From: an uncultured Gammaproteobacteria bacterium
Lineage (GTDB): Bacteria > Patescibacteriota > Microgenomatia > Daviesbacterales > UBA10151
NCBI GenBank assembly: GCA_964392925.1
Contig: CAYMRP010000005.1
Span: forward strand, 26,093 to 90,092
Direction: 5' to 3'
DNA length: 64,000 bases
The position numbers and the translations under genes were made by a program. This document shows positions 8,472-18,496 of this stretch, piece by piece (the first letter of the stretch is position 1; the number at the start of each line of letters is the position of its first letter). Below the pieces are notes generated by a model that was given only the letters and a program-made list of their open reading frames with translations, did not search any database and had not been told where the DNA came from.

Positions 8472-9476
8472 TTATCTTCCAATCGCTTTAAGTAGCGCCA
8501 CCTTTACCTTGGTAAATTTATCTACAGAATTAAAAGCATAGTACAAAGCTTCATTCTCAACAAGGTCAAAACTCCCTAAATATTCGGCTAGTCTTCCTCC
8601 ATAGCCCTGCTTAAATCTATGGAAACCATACCACGAATCTTTAGGATCAGCCAGTGGTCCCAAGGCTCCCCACATATCAAATTCTCTAAGCCCTAAACTT
8701 TTTCCCAGTTTGATTGCCTCCCATGCCACTAAATTTGATGACATTACATCCCGATGTAAATGAGAGGATCCGCCGTAAGGATAATACAGTTTATCTTTGA
8801 AGATAAGCAGCATCCAGGCAGTTAGCGGAATATTATTATATGAAGCAATCACAAACTTTACCTGTCCGGTTTTCGAAAAAGTCTCATACACTTTTGAATG
8901 ATAATTCTCATTATGTCCAAAATATCCTTGGCGCTTTGTCGTCTCAAAATATAATTTAAGATATGTTTTTAGTCCCTCATCATTATCCAGAACCTCAACT
9001 CTTACTCCTTTTTTTACAGCCACTTTAATATTGTATCGAGTCTTTTGATGAAAACTTTTTAACAAATCCTCCTCAGAAGGGGATAAATCTAAAACAAAAT
9101 TGTATTTTGTAAAAAGCGGCTTGATAGCTTTTCTAAATCTATGATCTAGCCTCTGTTTATCAGTGATCTCAACGTCAGGCTCAGTCTTTATAAATATACA
9201 GTTTTGTTCTTTAGAGATTTTAGTTAAAGCCTGAGCCATCTCCGAATCCGGAAAAGGTCCTTTAGGTAGATATCCTACAAACCGTTTAACTATCGGCACC
9301 TCATGAAAGCTTAACTGGAATGCTCTTTCTAACTTATTATCCTTAAATATTCCATATCGCACTAGCGGAATACCTAGAGATTTCCTAAATTCACCCCATA
9401 ACCAGGACTGAATAACATGAGTTACTTTTGTATCGTATTCCTGCCTGAAGCTGTCATCTAGAATTCTTAAGTCCAT
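8472..9476 (-). CDS. FemAB-family (peptidoglycan interpeptide-bridge aminoacyltransferase-like) protein
   Basis: 334 aa, in the FemX/FemAB size range. Segments such as YGGSSHLHRDVMSSNLVAWEAIKLG and GGRLAEYLGSFDL resemble Fem-family GNAT-like domains. Assigned from memory of the family, not a search. Confidence 0.45.
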   Translation of the reverse strand: MDLRILDDSFRQEYDTKVTHVIQSWLWGEFRKSLGIPLVRYGIFKDNKLERAFQLSFHEVPIVKRFVGYLPKGPFPDSEMAQALTKISKEQNCIFIKTEPDVEITDKQRLDHRFRKAIKPLFTKYNFVLDLSPSEEDLLKSFHQKTRYNIKVAVKKGVRVEVLDNDEGLKTYLKLYFETTKRQGYFGHNENYHSKVYETFSKTGQVKFVIASYNNIPLTAWMLLIFKDKLYYPYGGSSHLHRDVMSSNLVAWEAIKLGKSLGLREFDMWGALGPLADPKDSWYGFHRFKQGYGGRLAEYLGSFDLVENEALYYAFNSVDKFTKVKVALLKAIGR

Positions 9477-9557
9477 TACTTAGAGTATAAGTCACCCAGT
9501 CTCCTTTGTCTAAGTAGCTCCAAAAGAGAAGCCGATAGTAGATATTATTATAACTTT

Positions 9558-10253
9558 ATGATAGTATTTCCGATTATGGAGCAGCAGCAGAGAAGTTTAG
9601 TCTTTACAGCCGCAGTCGGCTTAATAATTCTAGCCATTATTGTCGGTTCAATATACTATTTAGTTAAGTTCATTCAAGGCCGTGTAGCCTCAACCCGACA
9701 ATCTCCTAATCCTAGCATTGAAGAATTAGTTGAAAGTTCAGCAAGTGCTAGCGTTCTGGCAAATCAGATTATTCCCAATCCTCAAATTCAAACACCAACA
9801 CAGCAAAATCAGCCTCAAAATCAAAATCAACCAGCTGCTGTAAGTAATCTACCTGCCGATAAAAAAGTCTTTAATGGCGGGGCCTTTCAATTCGTCTATC
9901 CCAAAGATTGGGGTATATTAGCTTGTGATAACTCTCAAAATATCGAACTTGACCCCACAAATAGCGCCGACTCTAAAATTGCCTGTGGAACCGCCGCCAA
10001 ACCTATTACTGTCTTGGTTGGAGATGTCACAGGTTGTGAAGGTCAAACTGCTAAAGTTGGAAATATTGACGTTGTAAAATCCCAGGAAACTGAAGGCTCC
10101 TATACAAAATATCAGTGGTGCACTAAAACCACCCCAGTTTTTAACATTACACATCGTGTTTCAGAAGCTGGTGAAAGAGCTACCTCAAAACAAGATTTCT
10201 CAAAGCAAATAGAAGAAATGATCGCTAATCTCTCCTTCTCAAGAGGATCATAA
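9558..10253 (+). CDS. Hypothetical secreted/membrane-anchored protein with a Q/N-rich low-complexity region
   Basis: N-terminal TM (AAVGLIILAIIVGSIYYLV), QNQPQNQNQ stretch, four Cys in the C-terminal half. Confidence 0.4.
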   Translation: MIVFPIMEQQQRSLVFTAAVGLIILAIIVGSIYYLVKFIQGRVASTRQSPNPSIEELVESSASASVLANQIIPNPQIQTPTQQNQPQNQNQPAAVSNLPADKKVFNGGAFQFVYPKDWGILACDNSQNIELDPTNSADSKIACGTAAKPITVLVGDVTGCEGQTAKVGNIDVVKSQETEGSYTKYQWCTKTTPVFNITHRVSEAGERATSKQDFSKQIEEMIANLSFSRGS

Positions 10254-10296
10254 CTCGGGCTTGTGGTACTTTTGCTACCCGTGATACTCTTAAATC

Positions 10297-10968
10297 ATGC
10301 AAAAGGGCTTTGCCTCAACCCTCTTTCTTGTTTTGATTCTTCTGATCGCCTCCTCTCTAGCAGGCTATTGGTTTTTAATCCGTGAAACGAATCCTCCAGC
10401 CCCAACTAAAGTCATCTCACCAGCCATCACTCCTAAAGTAGAGGACCGGCCCCAAACTTCTTTATATAAAAATCCTGACTTGGGAGTTGAATTCACTCTG
10501 CCTGAAGGTCTCATTGTTAAAACTGAGACTGAAACAGAATATTTTAAACGGGCCAATGGAAATATTCGAAATAATTTTACCTACTATGTTCAGTATTCTC
10601 CCGCTGAATTCGCCAGCAGTCTCTACGTCATTAATCAGGATGAAAAAGACCTAGATAAAGCAGTTTTTTCTCTTCTGGTCTTTCAAAATCCGGAAAATCT
10701 AACTCCCCAGGCTTTTTACAATCGTTATTGGTACTACCCATTCATTTGGGGCGAATTCGCAACTGGTGAGAAAAATAAAATATCTCCTAAAAACATTAAA
10801 CTGATAAGTGGAGTAGAAGCCGGTTCCGCTACTATAGACTTCCGCCCTGGAAATCCGGAATTCATATATCTGCCGGTAGGCAAAAAAGATCAGATGATTC
10901 AAATTCATTTCCCTTCACAGAATCCTCAGGCAAATGAAATTCTTGGCTCATTTCAAATAACTGACTAA
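10297..10968 (+). CDS. Hypothetical membrane-anchored extracytoplasmic protein
   Basis: N-terminal TM helix. No motif. Confidence 0.4.
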   Translation: MQKGFASTLFLVLILLIASSLAGYWFLIRETNPPAPTKVISPAITPKVEDRPQTSLYKNPDLGVEFTLPEGLIVKTETETEYFKRANGNIRNNFTYYVQYSPAEFASSLYVINQDEKDLDKAVFSLLVFQNPENLTPQAFYNRYWYYPFIWGEFATGEKNKISPKNIKLISGVEAGSATIDFRPGNPEFIYLPVGKKDQMIQIHFPSQNPQANEILGSFQITD

Positions 10969-10985
10969 TCTCCTACAATACAAAA

Positions 10986-11336
10986 ATGCGGGGAGTCCAA
11001 AGAAGCATCACCCATTCATTCACAATAGTAGCCATTCTAATCATAGCCACCGCTTTAAGCGCCGGTTATTTTGTTTACTATATAGATGCCAAGAAAGCCG
11101 GCAAACTAGGCAATCAAAATATAAACTCATTCGAGGACTGCGCTAAACATTATCCCGTAATGGAGTCCTATCCTGAACAATGCAACACCCCCGATGGAAA
11201 ACATTTTACTCGAGAGCTCTCTGAAGAAGAGAATAAAAACCTTATCCCCATCTCTGAAGAATCACACCAGGACCCCGAATCAGTAGAAGGCTTTCCAGGA
11301 AGCGGCAAGGAAAAATACAATAATAAGCTAGAGTAA
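10986..11336 (+). CDS. Small hypothetical membrane-anchored protein
   Basis: N-terminal TM helix; 116 aa. Confidence 0.3.
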   Translation: MRGVQRSITHSFTIVAILIIATALSAGYFVYYIDAKKAGKLGNQNINSFEDCAKHYPVMESYPEQCNTPDGKHFTRELSEEENKNLIPISEESHQDPESVEGFPGSGKEKYNNKLE

Positions 11337-12017
11337 GTAGATATCAACATATCTCGCCGACCATCCCGCAGTCCTCGCATCTTCAAACCCCAAATCAATA
11401 ATATTTCCCTTAATGGCTCCACCAGTATCTCCAGCTACAGCTTTCCCGTACCCGGGAACATAAACATTCGATCGTAATTTAATCACAGATGGGTCAACCG
11501 CAATAACTCCTTTTCCGGCCCTCATCCCAATAGCCGTCCATTCATTACACCCCGGACATCTTGAATCATAATGGACGGCATAAACTCTCATTTTCTTCCA
11601 ATACCGGATCTCTCCCTCAGGTGTTTGCATAGTCTTCCAGACAATTTTCGTTCCCCGCGAAATTATTTCACTAACCGGCTTCTCAGTTCTCACATCCACC
11701 ACATCTTTATCAAACTCCTCATCATTATAAAAAGTAATTTTAGTCGTAGTTATCTTCTTGCCATCCTTACCTTCTTGGACCACACTCTCAATACCAGCTT
11801 CGACTTCAGGATCATCTTTAAACTCTTTCTCAAACTTTATTTTAGCCTCATCAGTTGCAAATTTCTCTTCAAATAAAGATTGGGTTTTAATCGGTTGGGT
11901 GATTCCTAAAACTTCCGGTTTTGCAGCCTCAGGATTATTAGCTAAATCCGGACCCGAAGCTGAAACAATATTAAGTGACATCAATCCGGCAATTGCAGCA
12001 TTTAGAAGATTATCCAT
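11328..12017 (-). CDS. Secreted 3D-domain protein (MltA/RlpA-like double-psi beta-barrel; cell-wall-binding/lytic-transglycosylase-like), possibly with a G5-like domain
   Basis: C-terminal AIGMRAGKGVIAVDPSVIKLRSNVYVPGYGKAVAGDTGGAIKGNIIDLGFEDARTAGWSARYVDIYLL carries the three conserved Asp of the 3D domain. N-terminal signal sequence. Confidence 0.65.
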   Translation of the reverse strand: MDNLLNAAIAGLMSLNIVSASGPDLANNPEAAKPEVLGITQPIKTQSLFEEKFATDEAKIKFEKEFKDDPEVEAGIESVVQEGKDGKKITTTKITFYNDEEFDKDVVDVRTEKPVSEIISRGTKIVWKTMQTPEGEIRYWKKMRVYAVHYDSRCPGCNEWTAIGMRAGKGVIAVDPSVIKLRSNVYVPGYGKAVAGDTGGAIKGNIIDLGFEDARTAGWSARYVDIYLL

Positions 12018-12078
12018 TGTGGGATGCCAAAAACTTTAACGGATTGATGAGTAAAAATCAACTTGACGGCTTATGAAT

Positions 12079-13959
12079 TTAGCTGTTTAACCAGTCGTCA
12101 TCATCCTTCAAACTTGATAAATGATCTGATTCCCAATCCGGTCGATCCACAAACTGATCAGCATCCTGATACTGTAATTTTTGATCAAGCAGGCTCTCTG
12201 AAATATTAGCCAGAAACCTGGATGGTAAATTATTTGATCTGGTTCCAAAGTAAAGTCTGGAGCGCGCATAACTCAAGAATAATTTTTGTTTAGCTCTCGT
12301 TATCCCAACATAAGCCAATCTTCTTTCTTCTTCCATCTGAGTTGGATCAAGCATGCTTCTTGAATGGGGGAATAGTCCTTCCTCAAGTCCCACTAAAAAT
12401 ACCGTTTCAAATTCCAACCCCTTGGCCGCATGAATAGTCATCAATGTCACAACCTCCTTTTGCTCCTCAGAAATCCCATCAGGCATTTGTTTGTCCTGAA
12501 TTAAAGCCACATTCTCTAGAAACTGCACTATATCTGGAAAAAGTTCCGCTACAGATCTCAGCTCTTTCACATTTTCAATCCGTTGTTTACCGACTTCCGA
12601 TCCATCATCTAGATATTCCAAATACTCAGTCACTCTTAAAATATCATCTAAAATATCAATAGTGGCATCAGTTGGGTTGATCGTAATCTCTAAAAATTTC
12701 CTCGACCTGATTTTGCCTGTTTTCTCGATTCTTTTTAAAGACACCGAATCTTTAGGATTTGCCACCAGCCTTAAATAAGCTAAAACATCTTTAATCTCTT
12801 TTCTTTCATAAAACTGAACTCCGCCCACTAAACGATAGGGCACACCTCGTTTTATAAAAATTTCTTCAAACGACCTTGACTGGGCATTGGTTCTATAAAG
12901 GATTGCAAAATCATTAAGCGAACTGCCTGATTTTTTAATCTGTTCAATAATAAAATTAGCCTCATCCACTTCACTTCTAGCCTCATAAAGCGTTAATTTC
13001 TCACCTTTTGAATTCTCTGTCCAAAGCTTCAAAACCGGATGTGATTTATTAAGAGATATAACCTCAGTCGCGGCATCCAAAATATTCTGAGTGGACCTGT
13101 AATTCTGCTCCAGATTAAAAACCTTCGCTTCTGCATAGTCCTTTTTAAAATTAACAATATTTCTATAGTCCGCTCCTCTAAACGCATATATAGATTGGGA
13201 AGCATCTCCAACAACACAAATATTCCTATACCGAGCAGCCAACATCTTCACTATTAAGTATTGGGCAGAATTTGTGTCCTGATACTCATCAACCATTATG
13301 AATTTAAATAGTTGCTGATAACGGGATAGTGTTTCCGGATCATTCTGAAAAAGTTTGATTAACATGTGCAATAAATCATCAAAATCAACCGCATCGTTTC
13401 GTCTCAGAATTTTCTGATAACCCATATAGACCTTAGCTACAGTCTCCTGAAAAAACCCTCGCGCATAATTCGGGTATTCAAGATCCGAAATCATATTATT
13501 TTTAGCCTCAGAGATAACTTTTTTAATCGCCCAGGGGTTAATTTTTTTGTCGCCGCCTAATCCAAGTTCTGCCAAAGACTCTTTTATGGCATCCAAAGTA
13601 TCCCCGTCATCATAAATAGTAAAGTTTGGAGCCAATCCAATTCTACCGCCATCTTTTCGTAAAATTCTCGCCGCAAACGAGTGAAAAGTGCTCAAAAGGG
13701 GAAGTGAATGAATATCAACACCGGAAGTCGAAAGCAGTTTTATAGTTCTTTCCTTCATCTCCTGAGAAGCTTTGTTGGTGAAAGTAATCGCTAAAATCTC
13801 ATGCGGCTCGCAAACCCTTTGCTCAATTAAATAAGCAATTTTATAAGTTAAAACTCGAGTTTTCCCAGATCCAGCACCAGCCAAAATTAAGATCGGCCCT
13901 TTAGTTTGCTTAACAGCTTGTTGTTGAACAGGATTTAATTCATCTAAAAGCGAGGGCAT
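12079..13959 (-). CDS. uvrD: ATP-dependent DNA helicase UvrD/PcrA (compact, 626 aa)
   Basis: LNPVQQQAVKQTKGPILILAGAGSGKTRVLTYKIAYLI, DEYQDTN, VGDASQSIYAFRGA, TIHAAKGLEF and other UvrD motifs. Confidence 0.9.
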   Translation of the reverse strand: MPSLLDELNPVQQQAVKQTKGPILILAGAGSGKTRVLTYKIAYLIEQRVCEPHEILAITFTNKASQEMKERTIKLLSTSGVDIHSLPLLSTFHSFAARILRKDGGRIGLAPNFTIYDDGDTLDAIKESLAELGLGGDKKINPWAIKKVISEAKNNMISDLEYPNYARGFFQETVAKVYMGYQKILRRNDAVDFDDLLHMLIKLFQNDPETLSRYQQLFKFIMVDEYQDTNSAQYLIVKMLAARYRNICVVGDASQSIYAFRGADYRNIVNFKKDYAEAKVFNLEQNYRSTQNILDAATEVISLNKSHPVLKLWTENSKGEKLTLYEARSEVDEANFIIEQIKKSGSSLNDFAILYRTNAQSRSFEEIFIKRGVPYRLVGGVQFYERKEIKDVLAYLRLVANPKDSVSLKRIEKTGKIRSRKFLEITINPTDATIDILDDILRVTEYLEYLDDGSEVGKQRIENVKELRSVAELFPDIVQFLENVALIQDKQMPDGISEEQKEVVTLMTIHAAKGLEFETVFLVGLEEGLFPHSRSMLDPTQMEEERRLAYVGITRAKQKLFLSYARSRLYFGTRSNNLPSRFLANISESLLDQKLQYQDADQFVDRPDWESDHLSSLKDDDDWLNS

Positions 13960-13988
13960 ATAAGAAACCTAGTTTAACACATGATTTA

Positions 13989-14273
13989 CTAGCGATAGTG
14001 CAGAATAAGTTTGAACAGAAATCGAATACTCAAATAAATTAAAAGCACAAAAATTGGCCCAGATATATACACTAATTCCAGAGGATAATTTAGCTTTGTA
14101 ATGGGAAGGATTGGTAGAAGAAAAGTATATTCCAGGACTAACCCAGGCTTGCTCCCTGACATTGCTGAAGCAAAAATATAAAAAGCATTATAAAAGCCCC
14201 ATGCCGCACCCAGCAGAGTCGAAACTATAAGAACAACCACGGTTTCTAAAAAGATTTTAAAATCTCTTGACAT
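13989..14273 (-). CDS. Possible small 3-TM membrane protein (truncated version of ORF 13989..14600)
   Basis: Only the 3' part of the long minus-strand ORF avoids antisense overlap with trxA. Hydrophobic helices are present. Coding status doubtful. Confidence 0.2.
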   Translation of the reverse strand: MSRDFKIFLETVVVLIVSTLLGAAWGFYNAFYIFASAMSGSKPGLVLEYTFLLPILPITKLNYPLELVYISGPIFVLLIYLSIRFLFKLILHYR

Positions 14274-14358
14274 AGTATCTTTAAATGCTAACAAACTAGT
14301 AACCACTTTACAAAATAGAAATTTAGAGTTAGGATGATTATCCCGAAAGGAATTAATT

Positions 14359-14628
14359 ATGGCAAAAGTAACTTTTCTAGATTTTTGGGCTCCATGGTGC
14401 GGACCCTGTAAAATAACAACTCCTATCGTCGATGAACTCGAAAAAGAGTTTAAAGATGTTGAATTCCAAAAAATAAATGTTGATGAAGATCCTGCAATGT
14501 CTTCAAAATTCGGAGTTATGAGTATTCCAACATTCGTAATTATGAAAGACGATAAAGAAGTAGGCAGAAAAATCGGCGCTATGCCAAAAGCCGAACTCAA
14601 AAAATTAGTTGAATCAGGCCTCTCTTAG
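14359..14628 (+). CDS. trxA: Thioredoxin
   Basis: WAPWCGPCK active site; 89 aa. Confidence 0.9.
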   Translation: MAKVTFLDFWAPWCGPCKITTPIVDELEKEFKDVEFQKINVDEDPAMSSKFGVMSIPTFVIMKDDKEVGRKIGAMPKAELKKLVESGLS

Positions 14629-14634
14629 TGCTTC

Positions 14635-15003
14635 ATGGAAGAAACTTCCTTCAAAGACTTAGTTATCGAAATAATTAAAAGTATCCCTTACGGCAAAGTC
14701 ACAACCTACGGTACTGTCGCAACTCTTGCAGGTTCTCCAAGATCCGCTAGGGAAGTCGGCTATTTATTGCACTCCCTAACAGAAAAACACAACCTTCCCT
14801 GGCAGCGGGTGATCAACAAAAAAGGCTTTATCTCGATTCGCGGCAATGATGTAAATATGAAAAATCTCCAAAAATCTTTACTAGACGAAGAAGGTGTAGC
14901 AGTCTCCGAAGACTTCATGGTAGACTTAAAAAAATATGGATGGTGGGGAGATGAAAAAGATTTGGATAGTAGCCAATTGGAAGAGCAACTTAGGGCTTTC
15001 TGA
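14635..15003 (+). CDS. Alkyltransferase-like (ATL) protein: MGMT C-terminal DNA-binding fold with the active-site Cys replaced (PWQRV instead of PCHRV)
   Basis: IPYGKVTTYGTVATLAGSPRSAREVG..PWQRVINKKG matches the Ogt/MGMT C-terminal domain, but the nucleophilic Cys is Trp. That substitution is the hallmark of ATL proteins. Confidence 0.65.
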   Translation: MEETSFKDLVIEIIKSIPYGKVTTYGTVATLAGSPRSAREVGYLLHSLTEKHNLPWQRVINKKGFISIRGNDVNMKNLQKSLLDEEGVAVSEDFMVDLKKYGWWGDEKDLDSSQLEEQLRAF

Positions 15004-15619
15004 GAGCTTAGAATGGATTAATAAAGTCGGCCCTCAATTAAATAATAGGCAGGATCTTCAGGTAGTTGTAGCGCCTCGTTTCTCAGCTCTCCCCGAACTA
15101 AAAAAAGAAATCCAGATAAACAATTATCCAATAATTCTTGCCTCTCAGGATCTGTCACCATTTGGAACCGGCTCATACACCGGCGAAGAACCAGCAGAAC
15201 TTTTAAAGGAACTAGTATCCATGTCTATTATTGGCCACTCAGAACGCCGCGATAAATTTGCTGAAACTGACGAAATGATTGCCGAAAAAGTAAAACAGGC
15301 TAAAGCCGTAGGTATTGAGCCAATTCTTTGTATCCAAAATTCTGAAACTCCAATCCCTGAGGGTGTCACATTAGCCGCCTATGAGCCTATTTTTGCCATC
15401 GGCACCGGAACACCGGATACTCCTCAAAATGCCAATTCAGTCGCCAAAGATATAAAATCCCGAAACCCAAATCTAAGCATTCTCTATGGGGGAAGCGTGA
15501 ATTCTGAAAACTGTCAGACTTTCGTTGATGAGGAAAGTATCTCTGGACTTTTAATAGGCAAGGCCTCCCTTGATCCTGAAGAATTTTTGAAAATTGTTGA
15601 AAATTGCGCTAAAGTATAG
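14951..15619 (+). CDS. tpiA: Triosephosphate isomerase
   Basis: IVANWKSN, GHSERR, ILYGGSVN motifs. Start taken at the internal ATG (MKKIWIVANWK). Overlaps the ATL gene by about 50 nt. Confidence 0.9.
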   Translation: MKKIWIVANWKSNLGLSESLEWINKVGPQLNNRQDLQVVVAPRFSALPELKKEIQINNYPIILASQDLSPFGTGSYTGEEPAELLKELVSMSIIGHSERRDKFAETDEMIAEKVKQAKAVGIEPILCIQNSETPIPEGVTLAAYEPIFAIGTGTPDTPQNANSVAKDIKSRNPNLSILYGGSVNSENCQTFVDEESISGLLIGKASLDPEEFLKIVENCAKV

Positions 15620-15649
15620 AGTCTGACATAAGATATTTTGAGGTGAGAA

Positions 15650-16900
15650 GTGTCCCACATCAAAAATTCCAAACAAAACATGGACCATGATTTCAAAAGC
15701 ATAAAATTTAATAATGTTCCATCAGGTAAGAAACAGACTGCCTTTATAAAAATCACGGTTTTGATAGCCGTTCTGGCGATCACCTTATATGCAGTTTGGT
15801 GGTTTTTTACCAATTCCGGCGCTTCAGCAGTTGAAATGGTTTTCAAAAAAAATAAGATAGAACAGACTGAGGATAAAGTGAATGTTCTCCTTTTAGGTAA
15901 TGCTGGTGGCAAACACGCCGGTGCAACTTTAACCGACTCGATAATCGTCGCTTCTTATAATACTAAAACCAATAAGGCTACGCTTTTTTCAATCCCCCGC
16001 GATCTATGGTTGGATAATGTAGATGCTAAAGTGAATACCGTTTATCAGCAAGGCAAAAAAGAAACCGGCAACGGCCTTAAATACTCCGAAGAAAAAATTG
16101 GAGAAATATTAGGACTACCCATTCATTATGGTGTCAGGGTTGATTTTAATGGTTTTGCCAAAGCTATTGACCTGGTTGAGGGGATAGAAGTTAATGTGCC
16201 GAACAGCTTTGACGATTACGTCTACCCAATCGAAGGCAAAGAAGAGGATCTCTGCGGTCTAACTGAAAAAGAAGTTGAGATTAGGGAAGACCAGCTCAGC
16301 TCGCTCAAGCTTCCAGCTGGAACTCCTGTCTCCCCAGTTGTAGAAGGGAAAATTAAAATAAAAACTCTCGTCGGCCCCAATGATAAAATCGCTACCGAAT
16401 CCTCAGATTTCGCTTGCCGTTTTGAGCATCTTCATTTTGATTCTGGTCTAACAACAATGGATGGTGAGACTGCTTTAAAGTTCGTCAGAAGCCGCCAGGG
16501 GACTAACGGTGAAGGCTCTGACTTTGCCAGGTCAAGACGGCAGCAGCTGGTACTGGATGCTTTTCGCTCCAAAGTACTGTCGCTAGAAACACTTCTAGCT
16601 CCGAGTAAGCTTTTAGGTCTGGCTTCTACTTTTGGTGAAAGTTTCGAAACTGATATTGCTAATGATAAATTCCTTCAATTCTTTAACTTGGCAAAAAAAC
16701 TCGAAACAACTGAGAATATCGTTCTTGGTGATCTTGGAAAAGGGGAGTCTCTTTTAGAAGTTGGGGCAGCAGGCAAATACGGCGCTTTTGTCATGGTCCC
16801 CAAAAATGATGATTGGAAAGTAATCCCCGAATTTATAAAACTAAAACTTGAAGGTTCTGCCTCAGCTATACTTGCTCCTTCTGCCTCACCAAAGAAATAA
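15650..16900 (+). CDS. LytR-CpsA-Psr (LCP) family cell-envelope polymer transferase
   Basis: N-terminal TM, then VLLLGNAGGKHAGATLTDSIIVASYNTKTNKATLFSIPRDLW, typical of the LCP core. Confidence 0.8.
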   Translation: MSHIKNSKQNMDHDFKSIKFNNVPSGKKQTAFIKITVLIAVLAITLYAVWWFFTNSGASAVEMVFKKNKIEQTEDKVNVLLLGNAGGKHAGATLTDSIIVASYNTKTNKATLFSIPRDLWLDNVDAKVNTVYQQGKKETGNGLKYSEEKIGEILGLPIHYGVRVDFNGFAKAIDLVEGIEVNVPNSFDDYVYPIEGKEEDLCGLTEKEVEIREDQLSSLKLPAGTPVSPVVEGKIKIKTLVGPNDKIATESSDFACRFEHLHFDSGLTTMDGETALKFVRSRQGTNGEGSDFARSRRQQLVLDAFRSKVLSLETLLAPSKLLGLASTFGESFETDIANDKFLQFFNLAKKLETTENIVLGDLGKGESLLEVGAAGKYGAFVMVPKNDDWKVIPEFIKLKLEGSASAILAPSASPKK

Positions 16901-16910
16901 TTTTTATATT

Positions 16911-17552
16911 ATGAAATTGATTCTAATACATGGCAGTTTTCAAGAACCAGCTTTTAGTAAGCTGGTCCAAATCAAAAAAGACTTTAACCCTTTATCTATA
17001 ACCGAGAGCTCCGGTTCAGTTTTTAACATCTCCTCGCTAGGACTTTTCTCCGAAAAGCGTCTGATTATAGTTGAAAATCCGGATCTAAAAGTGCTTGAGA
17101 GGGTTATCGATCAAACAGATTCCGAACTGACTATCGTTCTTAAATTCTCCAAACTTCTTGAAAAATCATCCCCAATTTTAAAAAAAGCTTTAGAGATAAA
17201 AGCCGAAGTTCTGACTTTTACTGAAGTTAATCAAACATCTATTTTTCCACTATTAGATTTGCTCGGCAACAAAAGTCAGAACTCTTTTAAAGAATTTGAA
17301 AAAAATTATTCAGAGTTTGGAGCCCAATATTTATTAACGATGTTGGCTTACTTTTTACGTCGTATGACCCAGAAAGAGAAATCATCATCAGACTTTATGA
17401 GGCAAAAAATAGAATCGCAAAAAAGAAACTTTCCCTTAAATAAGATAGAGGAGTTATATCGAGAAATTATTGAAACTGATTTTAAAATCAAACAGGGCCT
17501 TCTCGAGGAAAAACTTGGTTTGACTATGCTTATTGGCAAAATCCTCAACTAG
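16911..17552 (+). CDS. DNA polymerase III delta subunit-like (HolA-like), compact
   Basis: MKLILIHGS.. and SLGLFSEKRLIIVENPD resemble the HolA N-terminal clamp-loader region. Weak assignment. Confidence 0.35.
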   Translation: MKLILIHGSFQEPAFSKLVQIKKDFNPLSITESSGSVFNISSLGLFSEKRLIIVENPDLKVLERVIDQTDSELTIVLKFSKLLEKSSPILKKALEIKAEVLTFTEVNQTSIFPLLDLLGNKSQNSFKEFEKNYSEFGAQYLLTMLAYFLRRMTQKEKSSSDFMRQKIESQKRNFPLNKIEELYREIIETDFKIKQGLLEEKLGLTMLIGKILN

Positions 17553-17554
17553 AA

Positions 17555-18496
17555 TTAATTCTCAGTTATCTGTCTGGAAAACTCATCAACATCTTTTTGA
17601 TCAACCGCTCCATCTCCATTCACGTCAAACTTACTACCGCCTCCACCCAGTAAATTACCAGGTTTTGCAGTCTCTTTCAAAAGTGCCAGATCAAGCGAAT
17701 TCGCTTTTCCATCCCCATTAAAATCCAGTCCTCCTGAAGTCGCATTAAAAATAATATTTGTTATTGGCTGTGCCTCAAAGTTAGTTAAATCAAGATTGCT
17801 TCCAATCGGAATTGGCGGTAGGTTAACTGAAGATTCGGATATGCTTATTTTAATATTTGAGCGAAGCGAGCCTTTAACAACTGTCAATTCTGCACCGCTA
17901 TCAGCTGGCACAATAAATAGCTGGCTTAAGTTTTCACTTAAAACAGTTTTTAAAGGCAGAATAAAATTCCCCGCTGTAGAAGAAAATGTCGCCATCTTCT
18001 GAGCCCCTGGTATTTTAAGAAAAATTAATGATTCATCAACCGGATTCAAACTGGTATTTAGAATCGTGCCTTTTAACGGTTTAATAAATGAGTATTGGTC
18101 TTCTTCCTCAGCTGTCGCAATATTAGCCGTTTTAAAGCTTAATGCCTGCTGCATTAATTCCGAATTATTTTTAACTTTGTAATAATACTGAGTATTCGGT
18201 TTGAGATTATTGAGAGTTACAAAATGAACCAGTCTTGGTCTGACTTGCCGGCGGTCGCGATTATCAATTGCCTTGTCCGATAAAGAGGCTCCATTTTCTG
18301 AATACATTACCTGGCCCGTTGAAGGCGATACTGTTTGCCAAACAATAGTCGCTGTAGTATTTCCAACATTAACGACTTCAACATCGCTAATTTGAAAAAT
18401 AGCAGCCTGAGTTTGACTTCTATAGTAAAAAAACATTCCTACAGAAGCCAGCAAAGCTATCAGCAATGCAATTCCTACAAGTGTTGGTATCTTCAT
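17555..18496 (-). CDS. Secreted protein with an FN3-like domain and two C-terminal dockerin-type Ca-binding repeats
   Basis: N-terminal TM. TATIVWQT..TQYYYKV is FN3-like. DFNGDGKANSLDLALL and DVNGDGAVDQKDVDEF match the dockerin/EF-hand-like D-x-N-x-D-G repeat. Confidence 0.55.
   Translation of the reverse strand: MKIPTLVGIALLIALLASVGMFFYYRSQTQAAIFQISDVEVVNVGNTTATIVWQTVSPSTGQVMYSENGASLSDKAIDNRDRRQVRPRLVHFVTLNNLKPNTQYYYKVKNNSELMQQALSFKTANIATAEEEDQYSFIKPLKGTILNTSLNPVDESLIFLKIPGAQKMATFSSTAGNFILPLKTVLSENLSQLFIVPADSGAELTVVKGSLRSNIKISISESSVNLPPIPIGSNLDLTNFEAQPITNIIFNATSGGLDFNGDGKANSLDLALLKETAKPGNLLGGGGSKFDVNGDGAVDQKDVDEFSRQITEN

Noticed and set aside
13989-14600. 203-aa minus-strand ORF overlapping thioredoxin
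   Set aside because: Its N-terminal 80 codons are antisense to a textbook trxA (WCGPCK), so the full-length ORF cannot be real. Only the 3' portion (13989..14273) is kept, as a low-confidence small membrane protein.
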